A stretch of 58,860 nucleotides of DNA, taken from a virus. The notes beneath the pieces were generated by a model. That model did not search any database. It was given only the letters and a program-made list of their open reading frames with translations, and was not told the origin of the DNA. Positions within the stretch are counted from its first letter, which is position 1. Every line of letters starts with the position of its first letter. Positions 33,936 through 42,168 of the stretch are shown here, piece after piece. The position numbers and the translations under genes were made by a program. Location: the IMG/VR virus record IMGVR_UViG_3300045988_111499, positions 1 through 58,860 of that record. One strand, 5' to 3'.

Positions 33936-34193
33936 ATGACTGACGCAGAAAGATGTGTAACGTGCGGAGCTGTGATACCCGAAGGGAGACAGGTGTGCCC
34001 GATATGCTATGCGAAATACCACAACGACTACTCGGAAGAGCTGGCGTACCTCTGGAAGGTGCTGAAAAAGACCGAAAGCAGTCTCAGAAACTCTGGCAAA
34101 AGGAACGCACCCGCAGAGGAAATAGCAAACCTCCGCAAAAGGCGCGATATGCTGTACACGATAATCAACATTGTGGAGGACGCGGGAGCATGA
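33936..34193 (+). CDS. Zinc-ribbon protein
   Basis: CVTCG...CPIC. RBS is AAAGGAG. Confidence 0.5.
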   Translation: MTDAERCVTCGAVIPEGRQVCPICYAKYHNDYSEELAYLWKVLKKTESSLRNSGKRNAPAEEIANLRKRRDMLYTIINIVEDAGA

Positions 34194-34984
34194 AGTGCTT
34201 GGCAAAGAAAACGCAGTACCAAAAGGCGGAAAACGCACTCACCACCGAATACGGAATGTGGCTTCTCGAATACGTTGACGTTGCTTTCGGCGTAACGCTT
34301 GCCGAGAACTACGGCTTCCGCGAAAAGCGACTGCAAAGGTTTTACGACGGCAACCGCAACGGACTTTGCGAAATGGTTAACGCCAATATGCCGACGGCAA
34401 TGTTTGTTGACAAAGGCAAGGGCAGACGCAAGGGAGACAGTTCAGACCTCATTGACGATGGCGTAGACACGACGGAGTACATGATAAAGCGCGAACTCCG
34501 AAACATAGGCTTCTCGGACTGTGATTTTGAAGCACTGTCGCCGGAGAACCGCTACAACGAGAGCGAACGCCACACACAGCTCGATGTCATGTCTCACAAC
34601 GTGAGAACGGCGTGGTATGAAGCAAACGCAAGACGCGCTGTTAGGCTCTACGCGGCGTATACTCTGCTTTATATGCATGACACCTACAACTACGGCGCGG
34701 AGAGATTAAACCGCCTGTACGCGCTCGTAGCCCCTCAGATAAAGTCTTACGTCGAACGATTCTTAATAGGCAGCCGCCGCGTCGACAGAGAGCTGCACAA
34801 GGAACTGGACGAGATGCACGGCAAACTTGAGAAATGCGGACTGCACCTCGAAGAAGTTGTAAAGGAAGACGCGGTAGCGGTAAGCCGAAAAGAACCGCCG
34901 AAAGAACCAAAGAACCCGCCGATACACCTTGACATAGGCGAATACGAAAAAATCATGAAAGAAGTTGCCCGAGTGGCGTTATAG
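34190..34984 (+). CDS. Hypothetical protein (264 aa)
   Basis: Start refined to ATG 34190 (ATGA overlap with the upstream stop). Track ORF is 33953-34984. Confidence 0.55.
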   Translation: MKCLAKKTQYQKAENALTTEYGMWLLEYVDVAFGVTLAENYGFREKRLQRFYDGNRNGLCEMVNANMPTAMFVDKGKGRRKGDSSDLIDDGVDTTEYMIKRELRNIGFSDCDFEALSPENRYNESERHTQLDVMSHNVRTAWYEANARRAVRLYAAYTLLYMHDTYNYGAERLNRLYALVAPQIKSYVERFLIGSRRVDRELHKELDEMHGKLEKCGLHLEEVVKEDAVAVSRKEPPKEPKNPPIHLDIGEYEKIMKEVARVAL

Positions 34985-34994
34985 GGAGATACAC

Positions 34995-35405
34995 ATGAAC
35001 TTCAAACTTAAAGCAGGAGCGTTCGCGCCGATAAGAGCGCACAAGCAGGACGCGGGAGTAGACCTCTTATCCCCCGTCACGGTCACGATTTACCCTGGAG
35101 ACAGCGCAACGATAGATACAGGAGTGTGCGCGGAGATACCCGAGGGATTCTGCGGTCAGATATGGTCAAAGAGTGGGCTGAACGTTAATCACGGCATTCT
35201 CTCAACAGGAATGGTGGATGCGCTTTACTCGGGCAGTATCAAGATAAAGCTTTACAACCACTCTCACGAGATATACACGGTAAATCGCGGAGACAAGATA
35301 TCACAGCTTGTGGTAACAGCCTGCGACACAAGCGACGTAGTCATAGTAGATGAGATAGCAAGCGGAGAGCGCGGAGAAAACGGCTTCGGCAGCACAGGAA
35401 GATAA
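34995..35405 (+). CDS. dut: dUTP diphosphatase
   Basis: Motifs seen: ..DAGVDLLSP.., ..GMVDALYSGSI.., ..GERGENGFGSTG... ATG 34995 follows GGGAGA. Confidence 0.85.
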   Translation: MNFKLKAGAFAPIRAHKQDAGVDLLSPVTVTIYPGDSATIDTGVCAEIPEGFCGQIWSKSGLNVNHGILSTGMVDALYSGSIKIKLYNHSHEIYTVNRGDKISQLVVTACDTSDVVIVDEIASGERGENGFGSTGR

Positions 35406-35446
35406 CATAAATCACAAAAGAGAAAAAAGCAAAGGAGAAAACAAAA

Positions 35447-36103
35447 ATGGCTACAAAAACAGAACAGAACACACTGGAAATCAAGGAAATTATTCTCGAA
35501 ACAGTTACATTGAGAATCGTCGGCGAAACACCGCTCATTATGCACGCATGGAGTGAAAAGGCAAAGCGTGAAATCCTCGACAAGCAGATGAAAGCAACAA
35601 AGACAAGCGCGAAAAAAGCAAAGAATCCCGTCGAGGACTTTATCAGGTCAATGTACTGGCTCACACCAATGCCCGCAGACATGACAGAAGAAGGATTCAA
35701 CGAAGCTATAGCAAACGGCGCAAGGTTCGGCTTCCCTGTCACGGCGTTCAAACAAGCCGCAATTTCCGCTTCCTACCGTATGGGATGGAGCAAGGACAAG
35801 GCTTCTTTGAGGGGTGTGTTCTTCATAGAGGGAGACGAAAATCAGATGATTGAAATCAAAAGCGACGTTCCCGTAATGCGCGAAGACATGGTGAAAATCG
35901 CGGGAGGAACAGCGGATATTCGTTTCCGTGGCGAGTTTAGAAACTGGTACGCCGACATGAAAATAACATACAACAAGAACGGACAGTACACACTTGAACA
36001 GATAATCAACATCATAAACGCAGGCGGTTATTGTTGTGGCGTAGGCGAGTGGAGACCCGAACGAGACGGTCAGTACGGCAAGTTCAGAGTAGCTACAATC
36101 TAA
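35447..36103 (+). CDS. Unknown-family protein, paralog of 23682-24281
   Basis: 218 aa. Contains VTLRIVGETPLIMH, ..VTAFKQAAISA.. and C-terminal GVGEWRPERDGQYGKFRV. Confidence 0.65.
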   Translation: MATKTEQNTLEIKEIILETVTLRIVGETPLIMHAWSEKAKREILDKQMKATKTSAKKAKNPVEDFIRSMYWLTPMPADMTEEGFNEAIANGARFGFPVTAFKQAAISASYRMGWSKDKASLRGVFFIEGDENQMIEIKSDVPVMREDMVKIAGGTADIRFRGEFRNWYADMKITYNKNGQYTLEQIINIINAGGYCCGVGEWRPERDGQYGKFRVATI

Positions 36104-36381
36104 CCTCTTGGCAGGCAAGTTTGGGCGCGTTTTGTTAAGCTGCGGTACGGCAGGCATGGCAAGCTATGGCTCGGCAAGTTGCGGCGGGTTGCGGCAGTGT
36201 GCGGCTTGGCACGGTACGGCAGGTGTGGTGAAGTAGGGCAGGGCAAGGCAAGGCAAGGTTTAGTAAGGTTCGGCAGGTATGGTATGGTGGGGCTCGGCTC
36301 GGCTCGGCTCGGCAAGGTGGGGCACGGTATGGCAGGTATGGATATACCAAAATTATTAACAGTTAACAAAGGAGCAAAACA
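36104..36381 (+). other. Non-coding G-rich, C-poor repeat island B
   Basis: GGTACGGCAGG at 36144 and 36213. GGCAGGTATGG at 36272 and 36331. (GGCAA)x3 at 36242-36256 and (GGCTC)x4 at 36291-36310. Confidence 0.7.
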
Positions 36382-36843
36382 ATGGTTTACGAATGGAAAG
36401 AAGCGGCGCAGATTAAAGCGGACGCACAAAAAGCAGGAGAAATGTTAGAAAATTTGGAGAAAACTGTAGGGATTACTCCAAAGAATTTAGTTGAAGCAAA
36501 CAGAGATGATTCGGCACCTCTGCACAATGAATTTGAGTGGAACGACACAAAAGCCGCCGAAAAATACCGCGAAACACAAGCAGGCTATATCATTCGCAAC
36601 ATATGTGTTGTGAGAGAAAGCGAAGAGAAACCGCCCGTCAGAGCGTTCTATTCCGTTACAACCGACGAAGAACGCAAATACGAAAGTCTGAATGTGATTA
36701 TAAAAAGTGAGGACAAAACAAAGAAACTTCTTGAATCCGCATTAAGAGAACTTATCGCGTTCAAAGCGAAGTATTCAATGCTTTCCGAAATAGCGAATGT
36801 AATTAAAGCTATCGACGAAGTCCAGTGCAATATTGAAATCTGA
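36382..36843 (+). CDS. Hypothetical protein (153 aa)
   Basis: RBS AAAGGAG. The segment ..DDSAPLHNEFEWNDTKAAEKYRETQAGYIIRNI.. looks like a conserved phage family whose name I cannot place. Confidence 0.6.
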   Translation: MVYEWKEAAQIKADAQKAGEMLENLEKTVGITPKNLVEANRDDSAPLHNEFEWNDTKAAEKYRETQAGYIIRNICVVRESEEKPPVRAFYSVTTDEERKYESLNVIIKSEDKTKKLLESALRELIAFKAKYSMLSEIANVIKAIDEVQCNIEI

Positions 36844-37275
36844 TAAAGCAGCAAGAATATAACTGCAACGGAACAGATAAGCTGCGACACGATTAGCAAA
36901 GGAATAGAAACGAATCGAGAGGAAACGCACCGCGCCGAAATGGAATAGCGCGGCGCAGCAGTGACAAGCTCCGCAACGGAAACGAATTGATATGATAGGC
37001 ATAGAGCAGAACCGCAACGGAAAAGCGAAGCACAGAATCGCACAGCAACGGAGAAGACAGGCGTCGCAGAGAGCGGCAATGGAATGGCGCTGAGACGCAA
37101 CGATTGGCACAGCAACGGAAAGGCAACGTAAGGAATCGAATCGCGACGAAAGGTGTAGCAACGGAACAGCAGTGCTAAGATACGCCACGGAATGGCACCG
37201 AATCGCTACGACAGAACCCGAAACGGAAAAGCAAAAATACCGCGCCGGACGGAATCCGGCAGAAAGGAAGATAAT
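36844..37275 (+). other. Non-coding T-poor purine-rich island C (GCAACGGA x6, small CGGAA-loop hairpins)
   Basis: GCAACGGA occurs at 36865, 36973, 37014, 37045, 37112 and 37158. Hairpins at 36930-36953, 37156-37177, 37184-37196 and 37244-37260. Stops in the checked plus frame. Confidence 0.7.
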
Positions 37276-37572
37276 ATGAAAATCGACACAAATAAGTATT
37301 ATATCGTAAGAGGAGACCGCTCCGGCGTATTCTTTGGCAGAATCAATTATCAGGACGGCAAAGAGGTGCAGATGAACGATGTGCGCTGCATATGGTATTG
37401 GGATGGAGCAGCGTCAATCGTCGAACTCGCTCAAAACGGCGTAAAATACCCCGAAAATTGCAAATTCACCGTGACGGTAGAGGAACTAACAATCATAGAC
37501 GCGATAGAGATAATCCCTTGTACGGAGGAAGCAACGGCGATAATTAAGGCGGTAGAAGAATGGAAAGCATAA
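37276..37572 (+). CDS. Hypothetical protein (98 aa)
   Basis: ATG 37276 follows AGAAAGGAAG (MKIDTNKYYIVRGDRSGVFFG...). Confidence 0.55.
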   Translation: MKIDTNKYYIVRGDRSGVFFGRINYQDGKEVQMNDVRCIWYWDGAASIVELAQNGVKYPENCKFTVTVEELTIIDAIEIIPCTEEATAIIKAVEEWKA

Positions 37573-38291
37573 CCAAACGAATAAAGGAGTTTCTTAATGT
37601 CCGCTCTGGCTATGGCGATGGCGATGGCGATGGCTCTGGCTTTGGCGATGGCTCTGGCAATGGCTCTGGCTATGGCGATGGCGATGGCGATGGCTCTGGC
37701 TATGGCAATGGCAATGGCAATGGCGATGGCTATGGCGATGGCTCTGGCAATGGCTATGGCTATGGCTTTGGCTATGGCTATGGCTATGGCGATGGCTATG
37801 GCTATGGCAATGGCTTTGGCGATGGCGTAAAGAAAGTGAATAATCACGATATCTATATCGTAGATGATACACCCACCATAATCACGGCATTGTTTAACAA
37901 TTATGCCAAAGGTTATATTGTGGGCAACGACCTCACGCTTAAGCCTTGCTATATTGCAAAAAACGGAGACATTTTTGCGCACGGCAAAACTCTCCGAGAA
38001 GCAGTAACCGCATTGCAAGACAAACTGTTTGAAGATATGCCGGAAGAAGAGCGAATAGCCGCATTTATTGAGTGCCACGATTATGATGGAGTTTATAGTA
38101 ACTCCGACCTATACGATTGGCATCACAAACTGACAGGCTCGTGTGAGATGGGCAGACAGCAGTTTGCAAAAGACCACGGCATAGACCTTGACGGCAAAAT
38201 GAGCATAAAAGAGTTTATCAAACTCACCAAAAACGCATACGGCGGCGCAATCATAAAAAAGCTCGAAAAAGAGTATCGGAAAGGAAGATAA
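37560..38291 (+). CDS. Protein with an N-terminal run of 37 X-Gly dipeptides (X = Y/D/S/N/F) and a globular C-terminal domain
   Basis: 243-aa ORF. Repeat tract is 37605-37826. Confidence 0.65.
   Translation: MESITKRIKEFLNVRSGYGDGDGDGSGFGDGSGNGSGYGDGDGDGSGYGNGNGNGDGYGDGSGNGYGYGFGYGYGYGDGYGYGNGFGDGVKKVNNHDIYIVDDTPTIITALFNNYAKGYIVGNDLTLKPCYIAKNGDIFAHGKTLREAVTALQDKLFEDMPEEERIAAFIECHDYDGVYSNSDLYDWHHKLTGSCEMGRQQFAKDHGIDLDGKMSIKEFIKLTKNAYGGAIIKKLEKEYRKGR
37605..37826 (+). repeat. Hexanucleotide microsatellite (NNT-GGC)x37
   Basis: Every Gly codon is GGC. Every partner codon is TAT, GAT, TCT, AAT or TTT. Confidence 0.95.
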
Positions 38292-38292
38292 T

Positions 38293-38877
38293 ATGGCAAA
38301 GTTTAAAGTTGGAGATAGAGTTAAGATAGTTGACAATAGATATACAAATTGTAAAGTTGGAGATATAGGCACAATAAAAGGTATTAGGTTGTGTGGGGTA
38401 CTTCCATATGCATTCGAGCTTGACCATGATATGGAGGGTAGCTTTCACTCTTGCGATGGGCTTACGAATGTTAATCGTGGACAGTGGGTTTGTAGTGTTA
38501 ATATAGAACTTATTGAACCGGAATTCAAGTTGGTTGTTATCTCTAAAGGTGATAAGACAAAAGCTAAACTTTATCGCGAAGAATCCCTTGAAAAAGAAGT
38601 CGAAGTAAATCGTTATTACAAGGATGAATACTCAGAGAAAGCCGCCGTTGAAGCTGTTGTGAAGAAGATTTTCGGCGACGACGAGAAAAAGAACGAAGCA
38701 AACAAGCCGTACACTGGCAAGGCTGTGTGGATATGCGACAACGAGAGCGTTTATACAAAAGGCAAAATATATGAATTTGTTGACGGCAAATTCAAACACG
38801 ATTTAGGATTTACAGTTGGCGGATACACCCTCGAAAAAATGAAACGGCTCGGCTGCTTTCTCCCGATAGTGGAATGA
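38293..38877 (+). CDS. Hypothetical protein (194 aa)
   Basis: Coupled ORF with N-terminal KVGDRVKIV, an SH3/KOW-like pattern. Confidence 0.55.
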   Translation: MAKFKVGDRVKIVDNRYTNCKVGDIGTIKGIRLCGVLPYAFELDHDMEGSFHSCDGLTNVNRGQWVCSVNIELIEPEFKLVVISKGDKTKAKLYREESLEKEVEVNRYYKDEYSEKAAVEAVVKKIFGDDEKKNEANKPYTGKAVWICDNESVYTKGKIYEFVDGKFKHDLGFTVGGYTLEKMKRLGCFLPIVE

Positions 38878-39065
38878 AGAACTACAGAAAAGCGCGTCCG
38901 TCAATGCCGAGGTGGTGGTGGAACGCGCAGGATGGATGTTGGTACTGCAAAAATCAAAAGAACTGCGCGAACTGCCCTGACGCACGACGTTACCTCAAAC
39001 AATACGGCGCGAAGAAGCACAAGGGCAGGACGGCAGGAAGCAAAAAATTACAGGAGGACGAATAA
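38874..39065 (+). CDS. Small Cys-rich protein
   Basis: Contains ..GCWYCKNQKNCANCPD... Confidence 0.4.
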   Translation: MKNYRKARPSMPRWWWNAQDGCWYCKNQKNCANCPDARRYLKQYGAKKHKGRTAGSKKLQEDE

Positions 39066-39066
39066 A

Positions 39067-39366
39067 ATGCCGATGAGAGACCGCGAAGACCTCATAGATA
39101 TAGATATTCCATCCGTACAAAAGGCGATGGTGAAAGTTATGTATGATGCGTATGAAGATTGCAGAGATTTAAATTGTGTCAGCTGTCCAGATAGAAGAAA
39201 AAGCGCAAATAATTGCATGAGGAGTTGTATTCTGTTTAAATACGCACGAAAACTTTACGAAGCAGGATTTGTATACGCCGAAGAAGATGTGTGGAGCGCA
39301 TACAACGACGGTTACGCGTGCGGAATGGAACAGGGTATAGAAGCAGAAAGGAGCAGAAAAGGATGA
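39067..39366 (+). CDS. Small Cys-rich protein
   Basis: Internal ATG 39067 (MPMRDRED...). Contains ..CRDLNCVSCPD..NNCMRSC... Confidence 0.45.
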   Translation: MPMRDREDLIDIDIPSVQKAMVKVMYDAYEDCRDLNCVSCPDRRKSANNCMRSCILFKYARKLYEAGFVYAEEDVWSAYNDGYACGMEQGIEAERSRKG

Positions 39367-39590
39367 ATAACTTCATCGAACTGCACCTATGGGATATGGA
39401 CGAAAACAAGCGCAACACTCCCGTGTTAGTCAACATAGGTACCATAGAACAAATAATGATAAATTGCAAAGCTCCCACCTTTATATACTTTGGTGCGGGC
39501 GACTACCTCAGAGTATCGGAGACATACGAAGAAGTAAAGCAGCTTCTCGCGGCGGTCGAGTATGTGTACAAGGAGGAAGAGAATGACTGA
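39363..39590 (+). CDS. Hypothetical protein (75 aa)
   Basis: Internal ATG 39363 (MNNFIELHLWD...). Confidence 0.45.
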   Translation: MNNFIELHLWDMDENKRNTPVLVNIGTIEQIMINCKAPTFIYFGAGDYLRVSETYEEVKQLLAAVEYVYKEEEND

Positions 39591-39906
39591 TTGGATTAGC
39601 GTAAAAGACAAAATGCCCGAAGTAGAAGAAAGAGTGCTCTTGCACACAGTAAATGATGTGGGCGACAAAAAGTTTTATCACATTACAATAGGTATGTACG
39701 AGGACGGCACTGTCAACGCGGAATACAGCAAATATTCGTGGGATGAGAGCGCATATGACAGTGTAATTGATTATGACGAGGAAATGGATGCGGACTTTGT
39801 GTGTAAGGGATGGTGGGAGATGGGCGAGTATTCTGAAAAAGTCGCTTGGATTGATGATGAAGTTATAGGGTGGTTGCCGTTGCCGTCAGATCCACAGGAG
39901 GAATAG
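39583..39906 (+). CDS. DUF551-like protein
   Basis: MTDWISVKDKMPE... is a typical DUF551 N-terminus. Confidence 0.5.
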   Translation: MTDWISVKDKMPEVEERVLLHTVNDVGDKKFYHITIGMYEDGTVNAEYSKYSWDESAYDSVIDYDEEMDADFVCKGWWEMGEYSEKVAWIDDEVIGWLPLPSDPQEE

Positions 39907-39907
39907 A

Positions 39908-40252
39908 ATGGATGAATTTCGCAAGGAAACAACACCACGCGCAAGGAAAGAGCATAAATGCGACCTGTGTCACGGGACAATACCAAAAGGCGAAAGATAT
40001 GTGCATATTACACAGTCAGACAGCGGAGATATCTTCGACTTCAAATATCATATAGGGTGCAGCAACTTAGTAGAACGATACGTAAGAAATGAAGGCGGCT
40101 ACGTTGACGATTTTAAAGAGTATAACGTAATCGAGGATATATTCGATAGGGTTTGTTTTGATTGTGTCCATAGAACAGGATGTGAAATACCGAACACAAG
40201 ATATTGCGAAATTGCTACCTGCCCTCACGTTGTGGAAAGGTATCTGAGATGA
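39908..40252 (+). CDS. Cys/His-rich protein
   Basis: 114 aa with HKCDLCHG...CFDCVH...C..ATCPH. Confidence 0.45.
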   Translation: MDEFRKETTPRARKEHKCDLCHGTIPKGERYVHITQSDSGDIFDFKYHIGCSNLVERYVRNEGGYVDDFKEYNVIEDIFDRVCFDCVHRTGCEIPNTRYCEIATCPHVVERYLR

Positions 40253-40704
40253 CCTATAAACGCTATTGGGAACGCAACGGAACTCGTCGACCGTTTCCTC
40301 CGTTGTATGAAGCTATGAAAGCATACGGAGACGTAATGTACAAAGTGCCGGAGTACGTCGAGCCGAAACACTGTAAATGGTGCGGACAACCTCTGAGCGG
40401 CAGACGGACAAGTTTCTGCTCAAACGAATGCAGTAAAAAGTTTAATAATATGACTGTTTGGAATAGAGGACGTGACGCTTACTCACTAAGGATTCTGTAT
40501 CGCGATAACTTCACTTGTCAGGACTGCGGAGAATTTCACGCGCACAAAAACGAGTTCGGAATTTTCGTTCCAATAGATGACGGAAAACTAAACGTACATC
40601 ATATAGTGCCTGTATCAGAAGGTGGCGGCGATGAACCATCAAATCTTGTCACGCTCTGCATAAGCTGCCATCTCAAAAGGCACGGAAAGGTAAAGAATGA
40701 CTGA
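40249..40704 (+). CDS. HNH endonuclease
   Basis: CQDCGEF...LNVHHIVPVSEGGGDEPSNLVTLCISCHLKRH. Start refined to ATG 40249. Confidence 0.8.
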   Translation: MTYKRYWERNGTRRPFPPLYEAMKAYGDVMYKVPEYVEPKHCKWCGQPLSGRRTSFCSNECSKKFNNMTVWNRGRDAYSLRILYRDNFTCQDCGEFHAHKNEFGIFVPIDDGKLNVHHIVPVSEGGGDEPSNLVTLCISCHLKRHGKVKND

Positions 40705-41008
40705 ATACGAAAGATTACAAGGGCTTCTATACAGACTGCGCGAGATAATGCCGGAGATAGGCGAGAATCCCGTTGCCGACGAGATGTATAACATGGTGTT
40801 TGAGTATGCCGAGAACACAGATGAAGACGTTGTAGAAGTAGTGAGGTGCAAAGACTGCATCCATCACAGACAGCTTGACCGCAAAGACAGATACGAGGAC
40901 AGCTTCGTCGAGGGCTGCCTTTGGTGCATGATAGGACGCGGAGACGGTGTTATGCCGGAACAGTTCTGCGACGACGGCAAGAGAAAAGAAAGCGAGGGCG
41001 AAGAATGA
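40697..41008 (+). CDS. Cys-rich hypothetical protein
   Basis: 103 aa with ..RCKDCIHH...GCLWCMIG... Confidence 0.45.
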   Translation: MTEYERLQGLLYRLREIMPEIGENPVADEMYNMVFEYAENTDEDVVEVVRCKDCIHHRQLDRKDRYEDSFVEGCLWCMIGRGDGVMPEQFCDDGKRKESEGEE

Positions 41009-41382
41009 ACAACGAAGATAATAACGTACACGCTCAATCGGCAGGCAAGATTGACCTTAACCGCATGTGCGAGGTGATTGACGAAACAAAAATCAAATGG
41101 ATTGACGCACGCAAAAAACTCCCGAAAAAAACTCTTGACGGAAAGTTGTATTTAGTAGTGCGACATTGTTACTTACCTCATTGGTGGAACGACGGCTACG
41201 ATGAATTTGAGGAAGTCTGTCCTGCCGAATACATTGCGGAGCAAAAAATTTGGCAAATACAAGTCCGCGAAGGTGTATTTGATTATTGTAATGCACTCAT
41301 AGACAGTCTTGAGATACCGCATTGCATTATACAAGTACCGAGATGGGCGTATGTACCGGGCGACAAGGAAGGCGAAGAATGA
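41005..41382 (+). CDS. DUF551-like protein
   Basis: Internal ATG 41005. Contains ..IKWIDARKKLPKK... Confidence 0.45.
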   Translation: MNNEDNNVHAQSAGKIDLNRMCEVIDETKIKWIDARKKLPKKTLDGKLYLVVRHCYLPHWWNDGYDEFEEVCPAEYIAEQKIWQIQVREGVFDYCNALIDSLEIPHCIIQVPRWAYVPGDKEGEE

Positions 41383-41597
41383 ACGGCAAGACAGACCGCG
41401 CAAGCGAGATAATGAAGCAGATGGAGTTTATAGAACAGCTCACACTGAAGCTCAACAGGACTATATACCTCAGCGCACAAACAGCCATAGGAAGTAGCGG
41501 TATGAGCGGATATACCCAGATACAGTCCGACATAAAGCGGCTCAGACGTGAGCTGATGGAGCTGTCAAACATGATAGGCCATCAGTACGGGAGGTAA
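41379..41597 (+). CDS. Hypothetical helical protein
   Basis: Internal ATG 41379 (MNGKTDRASEIMKQ...). Confidence 0.45.
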   Translation: MNGKTDRASEIMKQMEFIEQLTLKLNRTIYLSAQTAIGSSGMSGYTQIQSDIKRLRRELMELSNMIGHQYGR

Positions 41598-41600
41598 GGT

Positions 41601-41837
41601 ATGACAAAGAAAAGATTCATTAAACTTTTGATGGGGGAATTACGCTATTCCCGAAACGAAGCGAGATATTATGCAGAGAAAGTACAACTCTGGGATGAAA
41701 TCGCAAGCACAAACAATTCCACATTTAAAAGCATTGGAGACAAAACAAGAGAAATTCCCGTGCCGTATATCGCACTTTACGGATTGTGCAAAAGAGAAAA
41801 GGAGATGGAGAAAGGAGAACAACATGGACGCGGTTGA
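41601..41837 (+). CDS. Hypothetical protein
   Basis: 78-aa ORF. Confidence 0.4.
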   Translation: MTKKRFIKLLMGELRYSRNEARYYAEKVQLWDEIASTNNSTFKSIGDKTREIPVPYIALYGLCKREKEMEKGEQHGRG

Positions 41838-42168
41838 ATTTTTGAAAGCAAAAATACGGATGTGTAGTAATATGGACAACTGCACATCCTGCGGTTTATA
41901 CAAGGAACACACTGACTGCGACACGAGGTGCTTTAATCATCCCGATGAAGCTGTTGCCGCTGTGGAGAAATGGGCTGCGGAACACCCTGTTAAGACGAGA
42001 CAAAGCGAATTTTTGAAGATGTTCCCGAATGTGCCATTCAGTCATAATACGATTGATATATGCCCGAGCAAGGTTGATGTATTACAAAAATGCCCTAAAG
42101 TGACACCTGGCACTCTTAATATGTGTGTATTCTGCAAACGTGAATACTGGCTTGCGGAGGTAGATTAA
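41824..42168 (+). CDS. Cys-rich hypothetical protein
   Basis: Internal ATG 41824 (MDAVEFLKAKIRMCSNMDNCTSCG...). Confidence 0.45.
   Translation: MDAVEFLKAKIRMCSNMDNCTSCGLYKEHTDCDTRCFNHPDEAVAAVEKWAAEHPVKTRQSEFLKMFPNVPFSHNTIDICPSKVDVLQKCPKVTPGTLNMCVFCKREYWLAEVD

Noticed and set aside
36100-37188. Overlapping minus-strand ORFs (36100-36429, 36135-36350, 36648-37115, 36775-37188, 36893-37126) and plus ORF 36179-36448
   Set aside because: They stay open only because the plus strand is depleted in T (or C), so reverse-strand stop codons are rare. The translations are Cys/Arg/Phe/Leu-rich junk, overlap each other in all frames, and lack RBSs.
36844-37275. CsrA/RsmA-sponge-like RNA (many GGA motifs, some in hairpin loops)
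   Set aside because: I count 16 GGA in 432 nt. From my rough by-eye composition estimate (about 27% G, 40% A), roughly a dozen would be expected by chance, so the count alone is not evidence. The longer GCAACGGA word and the CGGAA loops are the real signal, and they are reported without assigning CsrA.
37594-37872. Track ORFs 37597-37830 (+, MSALAMAMAMA...), 37594-37872 (-, HSHSHRHS...) and much of 37431-38078 (-, AIAIAIAK...)
   Set aside because: They are alternative readings of the (NNT-GGC)x37 hexamer tract. Only the 37560-38291 frame has an RBS-linked start and a normal globular continuation.
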